IMG/VR virus record: IMGVR_UViG_3300017914_000046
Coordinates: 1-58,946 of that record
Origin: a virus
Lineage: Duplodnaviria; Caudoviricetes
Reading direction: 5' to 3' (one strand)
Length of the DNA stretch: 58,946 nt
Shown: positions 19,160 through 29,971 of the stretch, piece after piece
Layout of the letters: every line of letters starts with the position of its first letter
How positions within the stretch are numbered: the first letter of the stretch is position 1
Made by a program: the position numbers and the translations under genes
Notes under the pieces: generated by a model
Told to the model about the DNA's origin: nothing
Databases searched by the model: none
Seen by the model: the letters and a program-made list of their open reading frames with translations, nothing else

Positions 19160-20761
19160 ATGGCAGATGGATATACACGGCAGCGATCTAGTGAAATTGT
19201 AAACGGTAACGTTATTGATGCCGACGATTTTGACGCAGAGTTTAACGCAGTTGCAGGTGCAATGAACGCATCTACTGGACACAACCATGACGGAACCAGT
19301 GGTGGTGGTGCCCCAATCGAAAGCATTGGTCCTGCACAAGACTTAGTCGTAACTTCTACTAATGTTAATCCTAAAACAACTAACACATTAAGCTTAGGTG
19401 CAGCGGGTGCTCAGTATAAAGATGCATTTTTTGATGGAACAGTTCAGACAGACTTACTATTGGTAGATGAAACTTCAACATTTACTGGAGCTATTACTGC
19501 TAATGGCGGTATTACAGGTAATCTTACTGGAGATGTTACTGGTGACCTTACAGGTAACGCAGACACTGCTACAACATGGGCAACTGCACGAGAGATTGCA
19601 CTTACAGGAGATGTCACAGGTAGTGTAACAGGTGTTGACGGTAGTGGTAACATTAGCATTACTACTACAGTAGCTGCAAATTCTGTCGCACTGGGCACAG
19701 ATACTTCTGGTAACTATATGACAGATGTGTCAGCAGGTACAGGTGTTACAGTTACTCACACCCCTAACGAAGGGTCTACTGCTACTGTGGCTATTGGTCA
19801 AGCAGTGGGTACTACTGACAATGTTACATTTAATACAGTAACTGCAAACCTTACAGGTAACGTCACAGGTAATGTTACAGGGAATATCACAGGTAACGTT
19901 ACAGGGAATGTCACAGGGAATGCAGACACAGCAACTACCTTAGCAACTGCAAGAACTATTGCAGGTCAAAGCTTTAACGGTTCTGCTAACATCACTATTG
20001 CTGCAACAGATTTGTCTGACACTAACCAAGCATTATCAACTACATCAAATGTTACATTTAATAACTTAACAGTATCAGGTGATCTTACTGTATCAGGCAC
20101 AACTACTACTGTTAATACAGAGACAATCAACCTAGCAGATAACCAGATCGTACTTAACAGCAACGAAGCAGGTACACCTACACAGAATGGCGGTATTGAG
20201 ATTGAACGTGGTACTGCTGCTAATAAAACTCTTGTATGGAATGAGACAGATGACAAGTGGACAGTAGGAAGCGAAACATTTGTAGCAGGTACTTTTGAGG
20301 GTGCGCTTACAGGCAACGTCACAGGCAACGTTACAGGTAATCTGACAGGTGATGTTACAGGTGATGTCACTGGTAATGTTACAGGTAACCTAACAGGAAA
20401 TGTAACAGGCAATCTAACGGGCGATACTACAGGCACACACACAGGTGCGGTTAATGCTACTAACGTAACAGTAACAGGAGTTGTTACAGGCGATGTGACA
20501 GGTGATGTGCTTGGCGATGTAAAGGCTAACAACGGCACCGTCATATTAGATAGTGGAACGAATGGTACAGATGCAGCATATACAGGTAACGTTTCTGTAC
20601 CCGACAACATTACATTTACTGAAGGTGCGTCTGACTGGAAGTTTGAAATAAATGCGTCTAACGAACTTGTAATATCGTATGGCGGTACAAACAAGATGAA
20701 GCTAGATACATCTGGCAACCTAACAGTAACAGGTAACGTCACAGCTTACGGAACAGTATAA
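19160..20761 (+). CDS. Tail fibre/needle protein with (V/L)TG(N/D) repeats
   Basis: DAEFNAV...GHNHDG N-terminus; long tetrapeptide repeat tracts. Confidence 0.75.
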   Translation: MADGYTRQRSSEIVNGNVIDADDFDAEFNAVAGAMNASTGHNHDGTSGGGAPIESIGPAQDLVVTSTNVNPKTTNTLSLGAAGAQYKDAFFDGTVQTDLLLVDETSTFTGAITANGGITGNLTGDVTGDLTGNADTATTWATAREIALTGDVTGSVTGVDGSGNISITTTVAANSVALGTDTSGNYMTDVSAGTGVTVTHTPNEGSTATVAIGQAVGTTDNVTFNTVTANLTGNVTGNVTGNITGNVTGNVTGNADTATTLATARTIAGQSFNGSANITIAATDLSDTNQALSTTSNVTFNNLTVSGDLTVSGTTTTVNTETINLADNQIVLNSNEAGTPTQNGGIEIERGTAANKTLVWNETDDKWTVGSETFVAGTFEGALTGNVTGNVTGNLTGDVTGDVTGNVTGNLTGNVTGNLTGDTTGTHTGAVNATNVTVTGVVTGDVTGDVLGDVKANNGTVILDSGTNGTDAAYTGNVSVPDNITFTEGASDWKFEINASNELVISYGGTNKMKLDTSGNLTVTGNVTAYGTV

Positions 20762-21492
20762 TGGCTTTACAGTCTTCAGGTGCTATATCTTTAAACGATA
20801 TTCAAACAGAGTTTGGTGGGAGTAATCCCATCAGCCTATCTGAGTATTACCAGAATGCAAGCCCTGACCTTGTGACAGCAAACAATACTAACGTACCTAA
20901 CACAGGAAACCCTATAGACTTAGCTGATTTTTATGGTGCAACTTTAGCTCAGACAGTTACATACGAAATAATCGGTGGTGGTGGTGAAGGTGCTGGTGGC
21001 TACACAGGTCAAGGTAATGGTAGCGCTGGTACGGATAGCTCTTTGGCCTCCTCTAGTGGTACATCTTTTACAACAGTAACATCTACAGGTGGCGTAGGGG
21101 GTACACAACCTGCTCCGTTTAGTGGCTCCTTTAGGGTAGGCGAAGCAGGTGAAGCATCTTATTACGGATCAGGCGGTGCTGGTGGTCTAAACTCTGATAG
21201 TGGTAATCAAACTCCCGGTTCTAGTGCTCCTGCTACATCTTATGGTGCTGGTGGAGGAGGTGGTGGTGCATATCCCTTTAGTGCCAACAACGGTGGTGGT
21301 GGTGGTAAAGCTGCTACAAGACAGACAGGTACATTACTACTAGCACCAGGATCAGTAATAACTGTAACTATTGGCACAGGTGGTACTGGTATTTCTGGTG
21401 GCGGTGATGGTGCAGGTGGTTATGCTAAACTTACTGTAGGTGGGACTGACACAGAGTTTACTTCTTCAGGAACATACACGGTACCATCATGA
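20761..21492 (+). CDS. Glycine-rich fibre-tip adhesin-like protein
   Basis: ISLNDIQTEFGGSNPISLSEYY...DFYG N-terminus plus Gly-rich body; coupled to the fibre gene. Confidence 0.6.
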   Translation: MALQSSGAISLNDIQTEFGGSNPISLSEYYQNASPDLVTANNTNVPNTGNPIDLADFYGATLAQTVTYEIIGGGGEGAGGYTGQGNGSAGTDSSLASSSGTSFTTVTSTGGVGGTQPAPFSGSFRVGEAGEASYYGSGGAGGLNSDSGNQTPGSSAPATSYGAGGGGGGAYPFSANNGGGGGKAATRQTGTLLLAPGSVITVTIGTGGTGISGGGDGAGGYAKLTVGGTDTEFTSSGTYTVPS

Positions 21493-21743
21493 GTATAAAC
21501 TTGACACCAGAAGAGCTAGAGGATATGCTTGATCGTGCAGCAAGACGTGGTGCTACAGAAGCACTAAAGTCTATGGGCTTACAGGATGAAGATGCCCGAA
21601 AAGATATAACAGAGATGCGTACCCTGTTAGAAGCATATCGTGATACAAAGAAAAGTATATGGTCTACTATAGTAAAAATAACCACAGTAGGATTGCTTAC
21701 TTTTATAGCTGCGTCTGTGTGGATGCAAATAGGGAATAAGTAA
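21489..21743 (+). CDS. DUF6127-like small membrane protein
   Basis: LDRAARRGATEALKSMGL...DITEMRTLLEAYR plus a C-terminal TM helix. Confidence 0.6.
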   Translation: MSINLTPEELEDMLDRAARRGATEALKSMGLQDEDARKDITEMRTLLEAYRDTKKSIWSTIVKITTVGLLTFIAASVWMQIGNK

Positions 21744-21754
21744 AGGTAGAAACA

Positions 21755-23650
21755 ATGATGAACAAAGAAAATAGTGTGGCAGAAAATTCGCCAGACGTAC
21801 TACTTGCAAGAAAGTTTCTAGGCTTTAATGGTCCTTCAGAGCAGCTAACAAACTTTCTAGCTGCAAATCCTGCTGCTGCTGCCCGTATGGGTAAGTATCA
21901 ACAAGCTATGGCTGGCATGGCTAAAAACAAAGTAGGTGCTGATGAGGGTACTGCTGGTACAACTCTTGAAGACTTTCAAGAAATGCAGCAAGACCTCATC
22001 ACAAAGACTATGGACCCCACTCAGTCTACTGTTTCGCAGATTACACCAGATGCTTCCACTCAGGACATCGCAGCTGGCACTGGTCAAATTGCAACACCAG
22101 CTCCAACAGTAACTGCACAAACCGTAGGTACAGGTCAACAAGCTGCAGCTCCTACTACTAGCCCTGCTGCACAGACTACAGCTACGACAGTAGCCCCTGA
22201 AGTTAAGGCTGAGACGGCAGCTACACAAGCACAGACTGGCACTGTATCACAAGAAGCTCAAGTAGATGCACAACAACAGACGGCAACTTCTATAGCAAAC
22301 ATGGAGGCTGCTCAAGGTACAGCTACTATGGTTAATGCTCCTGCTGCCAGAGAGATACGGGAAGGTGAACTTATCTCTGGTGTAGCTGACGCAGAAAAAG
22401 CTGCTAAATTTAACGAACAGATTCAGGCAGCTCAGGCTACACCATCAGATCAAGCTACAGTGCAAGGTCAACTAGAAGGACTGATGCAACAGTTTGAAGG
22501 TGGGGCAACACCTCCTTGGGCTTCAGGTGCAATGAGAAACGCAATGGCTGCTATGGCTGCTCGTGGACTAGGTGCATCCTCTATTGCAGGACAAGCTGTT
22601 ATCCAAGCAACTATGGAATCTGCACTACCTATTGCACAGATGGATGCACAAACAGTTGCACAATTTGAATCACAGAACTTGTCAAACAGACAACAACGTG
22701 CTATGCTTGCAGCACAACAACGTGCACAGTTTCTTGGTATGGAGTTTGACCAAGCATTCCAAGCTCGTGTAGCCAACTCTGCTCGTATTGGTGATATTGC
22801 CAATATGAACTTTACTGCAGAGCAACAGATTGCTCTTGAAAACTCTCGTGCAGCAAACACTATGAACCTAAACAACTTGTCTAATAGACAGGCTATGGTA
22901 ATGGCTGAAGCTGCTGCACTATCTAATTTAGATATGGCTAACTTAAACAACAGACAACAGGCTGCTGTACAAAATGCTCAGAACTTTATGCAGATGGATA
23001 TGGCTAACTTATCTAATGCACAGCAGACAGAGCTGTTTAAGGCGCAGCAAAACATTCAAGCATTGTTTACGGATCAAGCAGCAGAGAATGCTGCAGCACA
23101 GTTTAATGCTACATCTGAAAACCAGACTAATCAGTTCTTTGCTAACCTTGCATCTCAGGTGTCACAGTTTAACGCATCTCAAAGCAATGCCATGTCGCAG
23201 TTTGACGCAAGCTCGGTTAATGCTATCAGACAGTTTAATGCTCAGATGGATCAACAACGTGAAACCTTTAATGCACAGAATGGTTTGGTTGTAGCACAGG
23301 CTAATGCTCAGTGGAGGCAGAACATTGCCACACTAAACACAGCAGCTCAGAATGAATCTAACATGGACTACGCAAAAACTATCAACGCTTTGACATCTAA
23401 GAACCTAGATGAAATCTGGCAACGTGAACGTGATATTATGTCGTTTGCATTTACTGCCGACCAGTCTGCTATGGATAGATCTTTGCAAATTATTTTGGGT
23501 GATAAACAATTAGAAGTTGCTAGGGCACAGATGGCTCAAGCTGAAAGCTCTGCTAAAACTAACCTTGCAATGAGGTTCTTGTTTGGTACAAGTCCTACAG
23601 GTATTTTAGGAAATATCTTTACTAAAGGTATATTTGGGAGTGAAAAATAA
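21755..23650 (+). CDS. Internal virion (ejection) protein, Gln/Ala/Asn-rich
   Basis: 631 aa helical low-complexity protein with (A)NL(S/N)NxQQ repeats; position after the tail genes. Confidence 0.65.
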   Translation: MMNKENSVAENSPDVLLARKFLGFNGPSEQLTNFLAANPAAAARMGKYQQAMAGMAKNKVGADEGTAGTTLEDFQEMQQDLITKTMDPTQSTVSQITPDASTQDIAAGTGQIATPAPTVTAQTVGTGQQAAAPTTSPAAQTTATTVAPEVKAETAATQAQTGTVSQEAQVDAQQQTATSIANMEAAQGTATMVNAPAAREIREGELISGVADAEKAAKFNEQIQAAQATPSDQATVQGQLEGLMQQFEGGATPPWASGAMRNAMAAMAARGLGASSIAGQAVIQATMESALPIAQMDAQTVAQFESQNLSNRQQRAMLAAQQRAQFLGMEFDQAFQARVANSARIGDIANMNFTAEQQIALENSRAANTMNLNNLSNRQAMVMAEAAALSNLDMANLNNRQQAAVQNAQNFMQMDMANLSNAQQTELFKAQQNIQALFTDQAAENAAAQFNATSENQTNQFFANLASQVSQFNASQSNAMSQFDASSVNAIRQFNAQMDQQRETFNAQNGLVVAQANAQWRQNIATLNTAAQNESNMDYAKTINALTSKNLDEIWQRERDIMSFAFTADQSAMDRSLQIILGDKQLEVARAQMAQAESSAKTNLAMRFLFGTSPTGILGNIFTKGIFGSEK

Positions 23651-24489
23651 TGTCTTTTAATTATCAACCAAATTATATGCAACTAATCAAAGCACTACAA
23701 TCTGGTGGTATTGAAGGTGCTTCTCAAGCTAGACAAGCAAGAGCTACCAGAGGTCTTGGAGGTAAGTTACCGTTAGACATTAAACAAGTAGATACTGAAA
23801 GTCTCTCAGAACAGATGCTAAGTTACTTCTCGGATATAGACGAACAGAATAAAAGAGCTAGAGAAGAGAATAAAGCAAAAGCTGAAGCAGCAGAAAAAGC
23901 AAACGCAGAGGTTGATCCTGTTACTGGAGAGATAACTAAAAAACTTTCTTTGACTGAAAAACTTTACGGTAAACAAGGCGTACAAGAAGGTCAACCTGCA
24001 CCACAATCTTACTTTAACTTTGAGATTGTTGATAGACCCTTTAAAGGTAATTCAAGAAAAGCTGGAGATATCTCTAAAGAGCAACAAGAAGAAATCATGA
24101 AAATGATTATTTCAACTGGTCGTCAGGAAGGTATGTCCAACAGGGAAATAGCTTTAACCCTTGCAACCGTGAGATTTGAATCTGGTTTTAATCCAGATGC
24201 AGCTGCAAAAACTTCTAGTGCATCTGGTCTTGGTCAGTTTATTAATGAGACTGGTAGTAAGTATGGGCTTACTGATGAAAATCGTTGGGATGTAGGTATG
24301 CAAGTTCAAGCTATAGTGGATCATACTGCAGATAATATTGAGATGGCACGTAAAAAAGGTTATAGTGAAGACTATGTTTACGCACTGCATCATGATGGAC
24401 CAGGGTTAAACAGTGGTGGACTTAAAAAGTCTAGGCAACAAGTAATGCCTTACGTAAATTTATATGAAAAAATGCTGGAGAATTACTAA
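23650..24489 (+). CDS. Virion-associated lytic transglycosylase (SLT/lysozyme-like)
   Basis: RFESGFNPDA...SSASGLGQF catalytic motifs. Confidence 0.8.
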   Translation: MSFNYQPNYMQLIKALQSGGIEGASQARQARATRGLGGKLPLDIKQVDTESLSEQMLSYFSDIDEQNKRAREENKAKAEAAEKANAEVDPVTGEITKKLSLTEKLYGKQGVQEGQPAPQSYFNFEIVDRPFKGNSRKAGDISKEQQEEIMKMIISTGRQEGMSNREIALTLATVRFESGFNPDAAAKTSSASGLGQFINETGSKYGLTDENRWDVGMQVQAIVDHTADNIEMARKKGYSEDYVYALHHDGPGLNSGGLKKSRQQVMPYVNLYEKMLENY

Positions 24490-25010
24490 TGCTGACATTT
24501 GAAAGACCCATTCCAGGGCAGTCACTTACAACAGAGCCAAAGAATGCTCCGTATGAAAGACCTCCAGAGATAGTTGACCCTGTTGAGGCTCTCAATGTAC
24601 ACATCGAAAACCTACTTAAACCAGGTGCTATGGAAGATGCACTATACTTTTTAGAGTATGGGGTAGATCTCGTAACACTGGTCCAGGGTATTCTTCGTGG
24701 TGCTGTTATGGAGGGCATACACAGTATTGACGTAAGCCTTATCATTGCACCAGTTATACATGAGTATATCAAAGGGTTTGCTGATGCAGATGGACTAGAT
24801 TACAAAGAAGGTTGGGAAACTGAAGAAGAAGAGAAAGCCTTGTCGTATAGACGAGATGCAGAACGAGCTAAAAAACTTATGGATAAGCTTCGTGAAGAAG
24901 AGGGTCAAGCTATCCCAACTACTATGAAAGAAATGACTGAAGAACCTGAAATGGAACCTGAAGTTAAAGAAGAAGAACCAGCTAAGACTGGCCTAATGGC
25001 GAGGGTATAA
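24489..25010 (+). CDS. Hypothetical virion protein
   Basis: PIPGQSLT...PYERPP motif; coupled start/stop. Confidence 0.6.
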   Translation: MLTFERPIPGQSLTTEPKNAPYERPPEIVDPVEALNVHIENLLKPGAMEDALYFLEYGVDLVTLVQGILRGAVMEGIHSIDVSLIIAPVIHEYIKGFADADGLDYKEGWETEEEEKALSYRRDAERAKKLMDKLREEEGQAIPTTMKEMTEEPEMEPEVKEEEPAKTGLMARV

Positions 25011-25012
25011 TC

Positions 25013-25954
25013 ATGGCGTTTAGTGCGATAGGTGCAATGGACTATGTAAAGTCTGTAGACGAAGAAAGAAAACGTAGAGACGATCTTATTGCTTCTCGTG
25101 AGGATGCCTTACTTGGTTTGTACCTTAAGAAGGGTGGCAGTACATCTACAGGTACAGATAAAAAACAAAGTGCTGCTGAAGCTGCATTAAAACTACAGGA
25201 ACGTATTGATGGTTCAGGCATTCAAGATGAAGAAACTTTAAACTATCTAAACAACATTGTTTCAGATCCGTTTGCAGCACAAGAAGTTCTTGAGTTTATT
25301 AATGAGCAAGCTACTGATTACGATAGGGTAATCAACCTTCAAGACTTACGCACAATGATCGACATTGTCAAGGCACCTACATCAGTGGACGATAAGATTG
25401 ACCTGTTTAAAGAGTTTGAAGTTATTGATCTTACTAACAAAGAAGAGTATTATAAGTTAGCTCAAAGAATAAACAACATGACTACTAAAGGTGGTCGTAC
25501 TGTGTTTGTTGATGTGAAACCAGGAGCAATCGCAAAAACTGATTTCACTGCAAGAGAGAAGCAGTTTGAAGGTGTGTTACAAAACGTGATCAGGACTGCC
25601 CGTGCAAATTTAGAGACTGACCCTAACAGAACTCAAACACAAAATGCTTTGAACAACTTAAGCTCCTCCGATCCAGGAACAAGGGCTGATGCAAGAGATT
25701 ACTTACTGTCTACGTTTATTACACCAGACTTTATCACAAGCCTTGAAACAGAAAACCCATCAGCGTACCGTGGACTGTCTAACAACTTCCTAATTAAACC
25801 CTATCTTGTAACTTCAGTACCACAAAACGAAACAGTATACCCAATACCTACAGAAAGACATATTGAAAGCTTGAGAAATAATCCAGAAAGAAAAGCTGAA
25901 TTTGAAGCTAAGTTTGGACCAGGATCTGCAGATAGGTACTTAAATAATGGCTAA
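25013..25954 (+). CDS. Putative internal virion protein
   Basis: 313 aa helical ORF in the ejection-protein block. Confidence 0.55.
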   Translation: MAFSAIGAMDYVKSVDEERKRRDDLIASREDALLGLYLKKGGSTSTGTDKKQSAAEAALKLQERIDGSGIQDEETLNYLNNIVSDPFAAQEVLEFINEQATDYDRVINLQDLRTMIDIVKAPTSVDDKIDLFKEFEVIDLTNKEEYYKLAQRINNMTTKGGRTVFVDVKPGAIAKTDFTAREKQFEGVLQNVIRTARANLETDPNRTQTQNALNNLSSSDPGTRADARDYLLSTFITPDFITSLETENPSAYRGLSNNFLIKPYLVTSVPQNETVYPIPTERHIESLRNNPERKAEFEAKFGPGSADRYLNNG

Positions 25955-28900
25955 CTTTTTTGATCAATTTGACTCACAAGAAGAATCCTCTGGTAACTTC
26001 TTCGATCAATTTGATACGCAACAACCTGCTCTACCTGAGCCAGGAACTTACACAGAAAATGAAATGGTTGAAGATGATCGTATGTTTAACATCATCAACA
26101 ACTATATGCTCGACCGCTATGGACTGCAGTCTGTAGAGGGTCTTAGTCGTGAAAAGATTGTAGATGATTTCCTAGACAATCGTCGTGGTGTATCTGCAGG
26201 CAACACGGTACGTGGTTTATCTGAGATGGACTACCTTAACGACATTAAGGACGACCAAGATAAGACTGCAAATGCAGCCGCTGCTGCAGCTCTCTTTGAG
26301 AACATGGCAGGTCTGTACTCAGGTGAAACTACACTGGGTGAAAAGGTTAGGGGTACTGGAGACTATGTTCGTACAGCACTGCTAGACCCAATCAACTTAG
26401 CTGGCGGTCTTATCGGTAAGTTTATTGGTGGTGGTGCCGTTCGTGTAGGAACTCAGGGTGCTAAAAAAGTAGCACTACGTGAGATGGCTAAGAAGCAAGC
26501 AGCAGGTGCCAGTGCAAAAGAAGTTTCTAAAACTGGTAAGAGAGTTTTTATCAAAGCTGTAGACGAGGCTGGTAAAGTTACAAGCAATCAGATTAAGAAC
26601 TACTCAGCTCAACTACTATCATCTAAGGGTCTCAAGCGTTTAGCACAAAAAGGTGCTCTTGCTGAGATTGCTACAGTTACAAGCATCGAAGCTGCTGTGA
26701 GTGTTGGTATGGAGTACCTGTACCAAGATGGACTAGTCGAGCTAGGTGTACGTGACGACTATGATAAGTTTGCAATGGGTATTGCAGCTGTAGGTGCTAC
26801 TGCCATTGGTGCAGTTCAAGCAGGTAAAGTTGTACTTCGTGGTAGCTCTGATGTAGCTGCACCCTCTGTTACTGTAAAAGAACCAAGTGCTGAGGGTGTG
26901 TTGATTGATCTTGCTAAGTCTATTGAAGAATACACAAATGCTCTTGTACCAAAGACTGGTAGTTGGAAAAACAAAGTTAAGGGTGGTGTAGAACTTAGAG
27001 ATCTAGACACTGACTTCTTTGTTGACCTGTTGCTAGGTCATGTTGATGATGAAGGTAATGTTGTACTAAAGGGTATGGCCCAGATTGCCCAAGAACGTGG
27101 GTTAAGATATACTAAACGTGGTGATGGTGATCTGTATAGCAACTGGATAGCTGACCTAATCAAGCAGTCAGACCCAGCAGAGATCAAACAGTTTATCAAA
27201 GCCTTTGAGAAATCTACAGGTAATAAGCTAAAGCAAGCTAAGACTTTAACTGTCGAAGAGTTTGCAGATACCTTTGCAGCTAAAATGAATGGTGCTGCTA
27301 GAGTACTTAATGCTGCATCACAAGGTGCAAAACTTAACGGTCTTTCTGCTAAAGACTTTGAGATTGCGCAACTAATTAACGAAGCATTGGACTTAGGATT
27401 CCTAAAGAAACCTAAAGACCCTTTTGCCTCCAGTCTTTCAGACAAGTTACCAGACTTTATTCGCAACAACCAAAACAGATTGATCAGGTTACTTGTATCT
27501 AACCCATCAACCAGTGCACTTAACATGATTGGTTGGGGTGCTAATGCGGGTATCAATGCTGTATCTGACATGGCGCTAATGACCTTACATGCAGGAAGAG
27601 GTACACTAGCAAAAGCTATTGGTATGGAGAAAGCTGGAGAAAAGTCTTATAGAATTGCTAGAGCACTTTTTGAGTCTAATGCATTTCGTATGAGACTGTT
27701 GCTTGATCCTGATATGACTCATGCTGCATTTGAATCTGCACTTACACGTAACACAGAGGCATTGCAAACACTAGCAAGTACATTACCAGGTGGTATTGAT
27801 AACGTTACTAAACTTGTAACAGATGGTAAGTTTACTCCTAATCAAAAACTTCTAGGTGTGGCTACAGATGATGCAGTAGACTTTATTCAAACACTATCTT
27901 TCGTTAAGGCACAGGACAGTTTTACTAAGTCTCAAGAGTTTATCTTTCAGATGGATAAAGAACTAAGACTAGTAACTGGAAAAGGTTGGTCAGAGTTTTA
28001 TAACTGGGAAGATGCTGCAAAGTTTATGGCTACAAAAGAGTATGCTCAGATAGAGGCCAAGGCTGTAGATAAAACTTTAGAATCTATCTTTAGTAAATCT
28101 TACAAAGGACCAGGACTTGTTGGTGAAGTTGCCGCAGTTATCGAGGATGCTAGAAACATCCCTGGTGTTGGTCTGCTTATTCCATTCGGTCGCTTCTTTA
28201 ACAACACAGTAGACTTTGGATTACAATCCATTGGCTTTTCTATGGCAGGTAAAGCTCTAGGTAAATACTCAAATAAAAGTTATGGGGAACTCTTTACAAA
28301 AGCTGCAGTATCTTGGGGTCTTACTTATACATTAGTAATGGAAGAGAGTAAAAATCGTAAGGCAGGGTTAGGTCTCTATCAGGAATCTATTGGTGGTGAA
28401 GTTGTTACACGTCAATACGATTACCCAATCTCAGCATTTAAAGCTGCTGCAAGAATTGCATCTTACTGGATGGATGGAGAAGAACCACCCACAGAACTGA
28501 TTGCTCAAGTAGCTAGAGACTTTACACTTGAAGGTGTCCTTAGAAACCTAGATAAAACTCAGCAAGATGTTGCAGGTATTGGTTTCTATATGCTTCAGGG
28601 TGATATGAAAGAAATGTGGAGAGCTTTTGGTAAGTCTATGGGGGGTATAGGTTCACAGGTAATCTCTGCAGGTACACGTTTTATCGAACCTGTAAATACA
28701 CTGGCTGGTATTGCTAGGGGTGAACAAGCTAGACCTATTGATCGTTATCAAGGAAACAAATTCTACAATGACTCTGTTCGTTATATTGACAATATTATTC
28801 CACTGTTTACTGGTGAACCAGTCGGTGAAACACTTAAGCAAGCAGCAACAGGAGAAGCTGATATTACATCTACAAAGTCATTAGGTGTAAGATCTATCAG

Positions 28901-29384
28901 ACTTACTGATACCCAGCGTGTTATGAACATGTTAGGCTACGAGCAGTTTGATATCAATGCTGCTAGACAAGTCAGAACAAAAGCTCCTGAAGCTGCTAAC
29001 GAATACAATGGTATTTTGTTTGATGTTATTGAAGCAAAAGCTTCTGCTTTAATGGACAGCAAAGCATTTAGAAACATGCCGCTTGATAGGCAAAGACTGT
29101 ATTGGAAGACAGAGATACTACCTGAAGCTCAAGAACTAGCTAAGAACTTCTTGTATCTGCAGTACTCAGGACCGCTTGATACTATCGACCTCCAGTATGA
29201 ATTAGCAGGTAAATACACTAACAAGAAGCTTGATGAAGCTATTGAAGAACTAAACTTTGATGGTGAGATCGGGGATATGACTAGAGGAGAATTGTATGTC
29301 CTCAAAGAATATCTCTCTACAGTAGAGCAGATAGAACTGCTTAAGGTTCCTGCGGAGGTTGGGGCAGGTCAATACGGTAGGTAA
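25947..29384 (+). CDS. Large internal virion/ejection protein
   Basis: 1145 aa, last late gene; duplicated NFFDQFD at the N-terminus. Confidence 0.65.
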   Translation: MANFFDQFDSQEESSGNFFDQFDTQQPALPEPGTYTENEMVEDDRMFNIINNYMLDRYGLQSVEGLSREKIVDDFLDNRRGVSAGNTVRGLSEMDYLNDIKDDQDKTANAAAAAALFENMAGLYSGETTLGEKVRGTGDYVRTALLDPINLAGGLIGKFIGGGAVRVGTQGAKKVALREMAKKQAAGASAKEVSKTGKRVFIKAVDEAGKVTSNQIKNYSAQLLSSKGLKRLAQKGALAEIATVTSIEAAVSVGMEYLYQDGLVELGVRDDYDKFAMGIAAVGATAIGAVQAGKVVLRGSSDVAAPSVTVKEPSAEGVLIDLAKSIEEYTNALVPKTGSWKNKVKGGVELRDLDTDFFVDLLLGHVDDEGNVVLKGMAQIAQERGLRYTKRGDGDLYSNWIADLIKQSDPAEIKQFIKAFEKSTGNKLKQAKTLTVEEFADTFAAKMNGAARVLNAASQGAKLNGLSAKDFEIAQLINEALDLGFLKKPKDPFASSLSDKLPDFIRNNQNRLIRLLVSNPSTSALNMIGWGANAGINAVSDMALMTLHAGRGTLAKAIGMEKAGEKSYRIARALFESNAFRMRLLLDPDMTHAAFESALTRNTEALQTLASTLPGGIDNVTKLVTDGKFTPNQKLLGVATDDAVDFIQTLSFVKAQDSFTKSQEFIFQMDKELRLVTGKGWSEFYNWEDAAKFMATKEYAQIEAKAVDKTLESIFSKSYKGPGLVGEVAAVIEDARNIPGVGLLIPFGRFFNNTVDFGLQSIGFSMAGKALGKYSNKSYGELFTKAAVSWGLTYTLVMEESKNRKAGLGLYQESIGGEVVTRQYDYPISAFKAAARIASYWMDGEEPPTELIAQVARDFTLEGVLRNLDKTQQDVAGIGFYMLQGDMKEMWRAFGKSMGGIGSQVISAGTRFIEPVNTLAGIARGEQARPIDRYQGNKFYNDSVRYIDNIIPLFTGEPVGETLKQAATGEADITSTKSLGVRSIRLTDTQRVMNMLGYEQFDINAARQVRTKAPEAANEYNGILFDVIEAKASALMDSKAFRNMPLDRQRLYWKTEILPEAQELAKNFLYLQYSGPLDTIDLQYELAGKYTNKKLDEAIEELNFDGEIGDMTRGELYVLKEYLSTVEQIELLKVPAEVGAGQYGR

Positions 29385-29416
29385 AATAAAAGGGGGCTTG
29401 GTGCCCCCTCTTTTTA
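29383..29416. terminator. Bidirectional terminator where the two arms converge
   Basis: A-tract, AGGGGGC-TTGGT-GCCCCCT, then T-tract. Confidence 0.85.
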
Positions 29417-29620
29417 TGTATCATCATCTAGCATATAATCTGCCCAATCATACGCTTGCCGTTTTATTTCTCGCATATCGTTACTCGACCTTGCCCCTGC
29501 CAACAGACCAGTTAAAGCCTGACCCGCCAAGTAGATTCTTGCAGTCAGGCTTTTTGTTGTAGGAGCTTTACGCTTTTGCTGAGTGAACTTCTTTGCTTCT
29601 TTCTCTAAGCTCTCTTTCAA
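29414..29620 (-). CDS. Hypothetical protein
   Basis: YLAGQALTGLLA...AYDWADYML, a small phage protein type. Confidence 0.6.
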   Translation of the reverse strand: MKESLEKEAKKFTQQKRKAPTTKSLTARIYLAGQALTGLLAGARSSNDMREIKRQAYDWADYMLDDDT

Positions 29621-29756
29621 TTACCAGCTCCTTGTTTTTGAAATAGGCTTTATTAAAACCCATCTCCCAATCCCTGTTATCTTTTGTATTAACTTGGTAG
29701 GGATTACCCAAGTTACCTTCAAGGAAAGATTGATAACCCTCGTTGAATGGTTTCAT
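29568..29756 (-). CDS. Rmf-like small protein
   Basis: ATG overlaps the upstream TGA; FNEGYQSFLEG..NPY...DWEMGFNKA follows the Rmf-type G-Y..G..PY...W..G pattern. Confidence 0.45.
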   Translation of the reverse strand: MKPFNEGYQSFLEGNLGNPYQVNTKDNRDWEMGFNKAYFKNKELVIERELRERSKEVHSAKA

Positions 29757-29971
29757 TTTCTGCTTTGATGCTGTATAAGTGCTTCTAGGTACCATCTTGC
29801 TTTCTTTAAATCCTCTAGACCATTTTTGTAACGCCAACGGTGCAAGTACTTCGCAACGTTGCCCCGATAATAACCGATAAGTTCCTCGTTTGTCAAGATG
29901 TCTTTGATGTAATCAATACATTCAATGTTACCTTGACCGTAGTGAGGGGGTTTGTTTACGTTATCTGTCAT
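29753..29971 (-). CDS. DUF3310 protein (T7 gp1.7-like nucleotide kinase family)
   Basis: DNVNKPPHY...IECID...GNVAKYLHRWRYKNGLEDLKKARWYL. Confidence 0.85.
   Translation of the reverse strand: MTDNVNKPPHYGQGNIECIDYIKDILTNEELIGYYRGNVAKYLHRWRYKNGLEDLKKARWYLEALIQHQSRK

Noticed and set aside
19966-20742. 258-aa antisense ORF and other opposite-strand ORFs in the track
   Set aside because: Shadows of repetitive or codon-biased real genes; no RBS or recognisable motifs.
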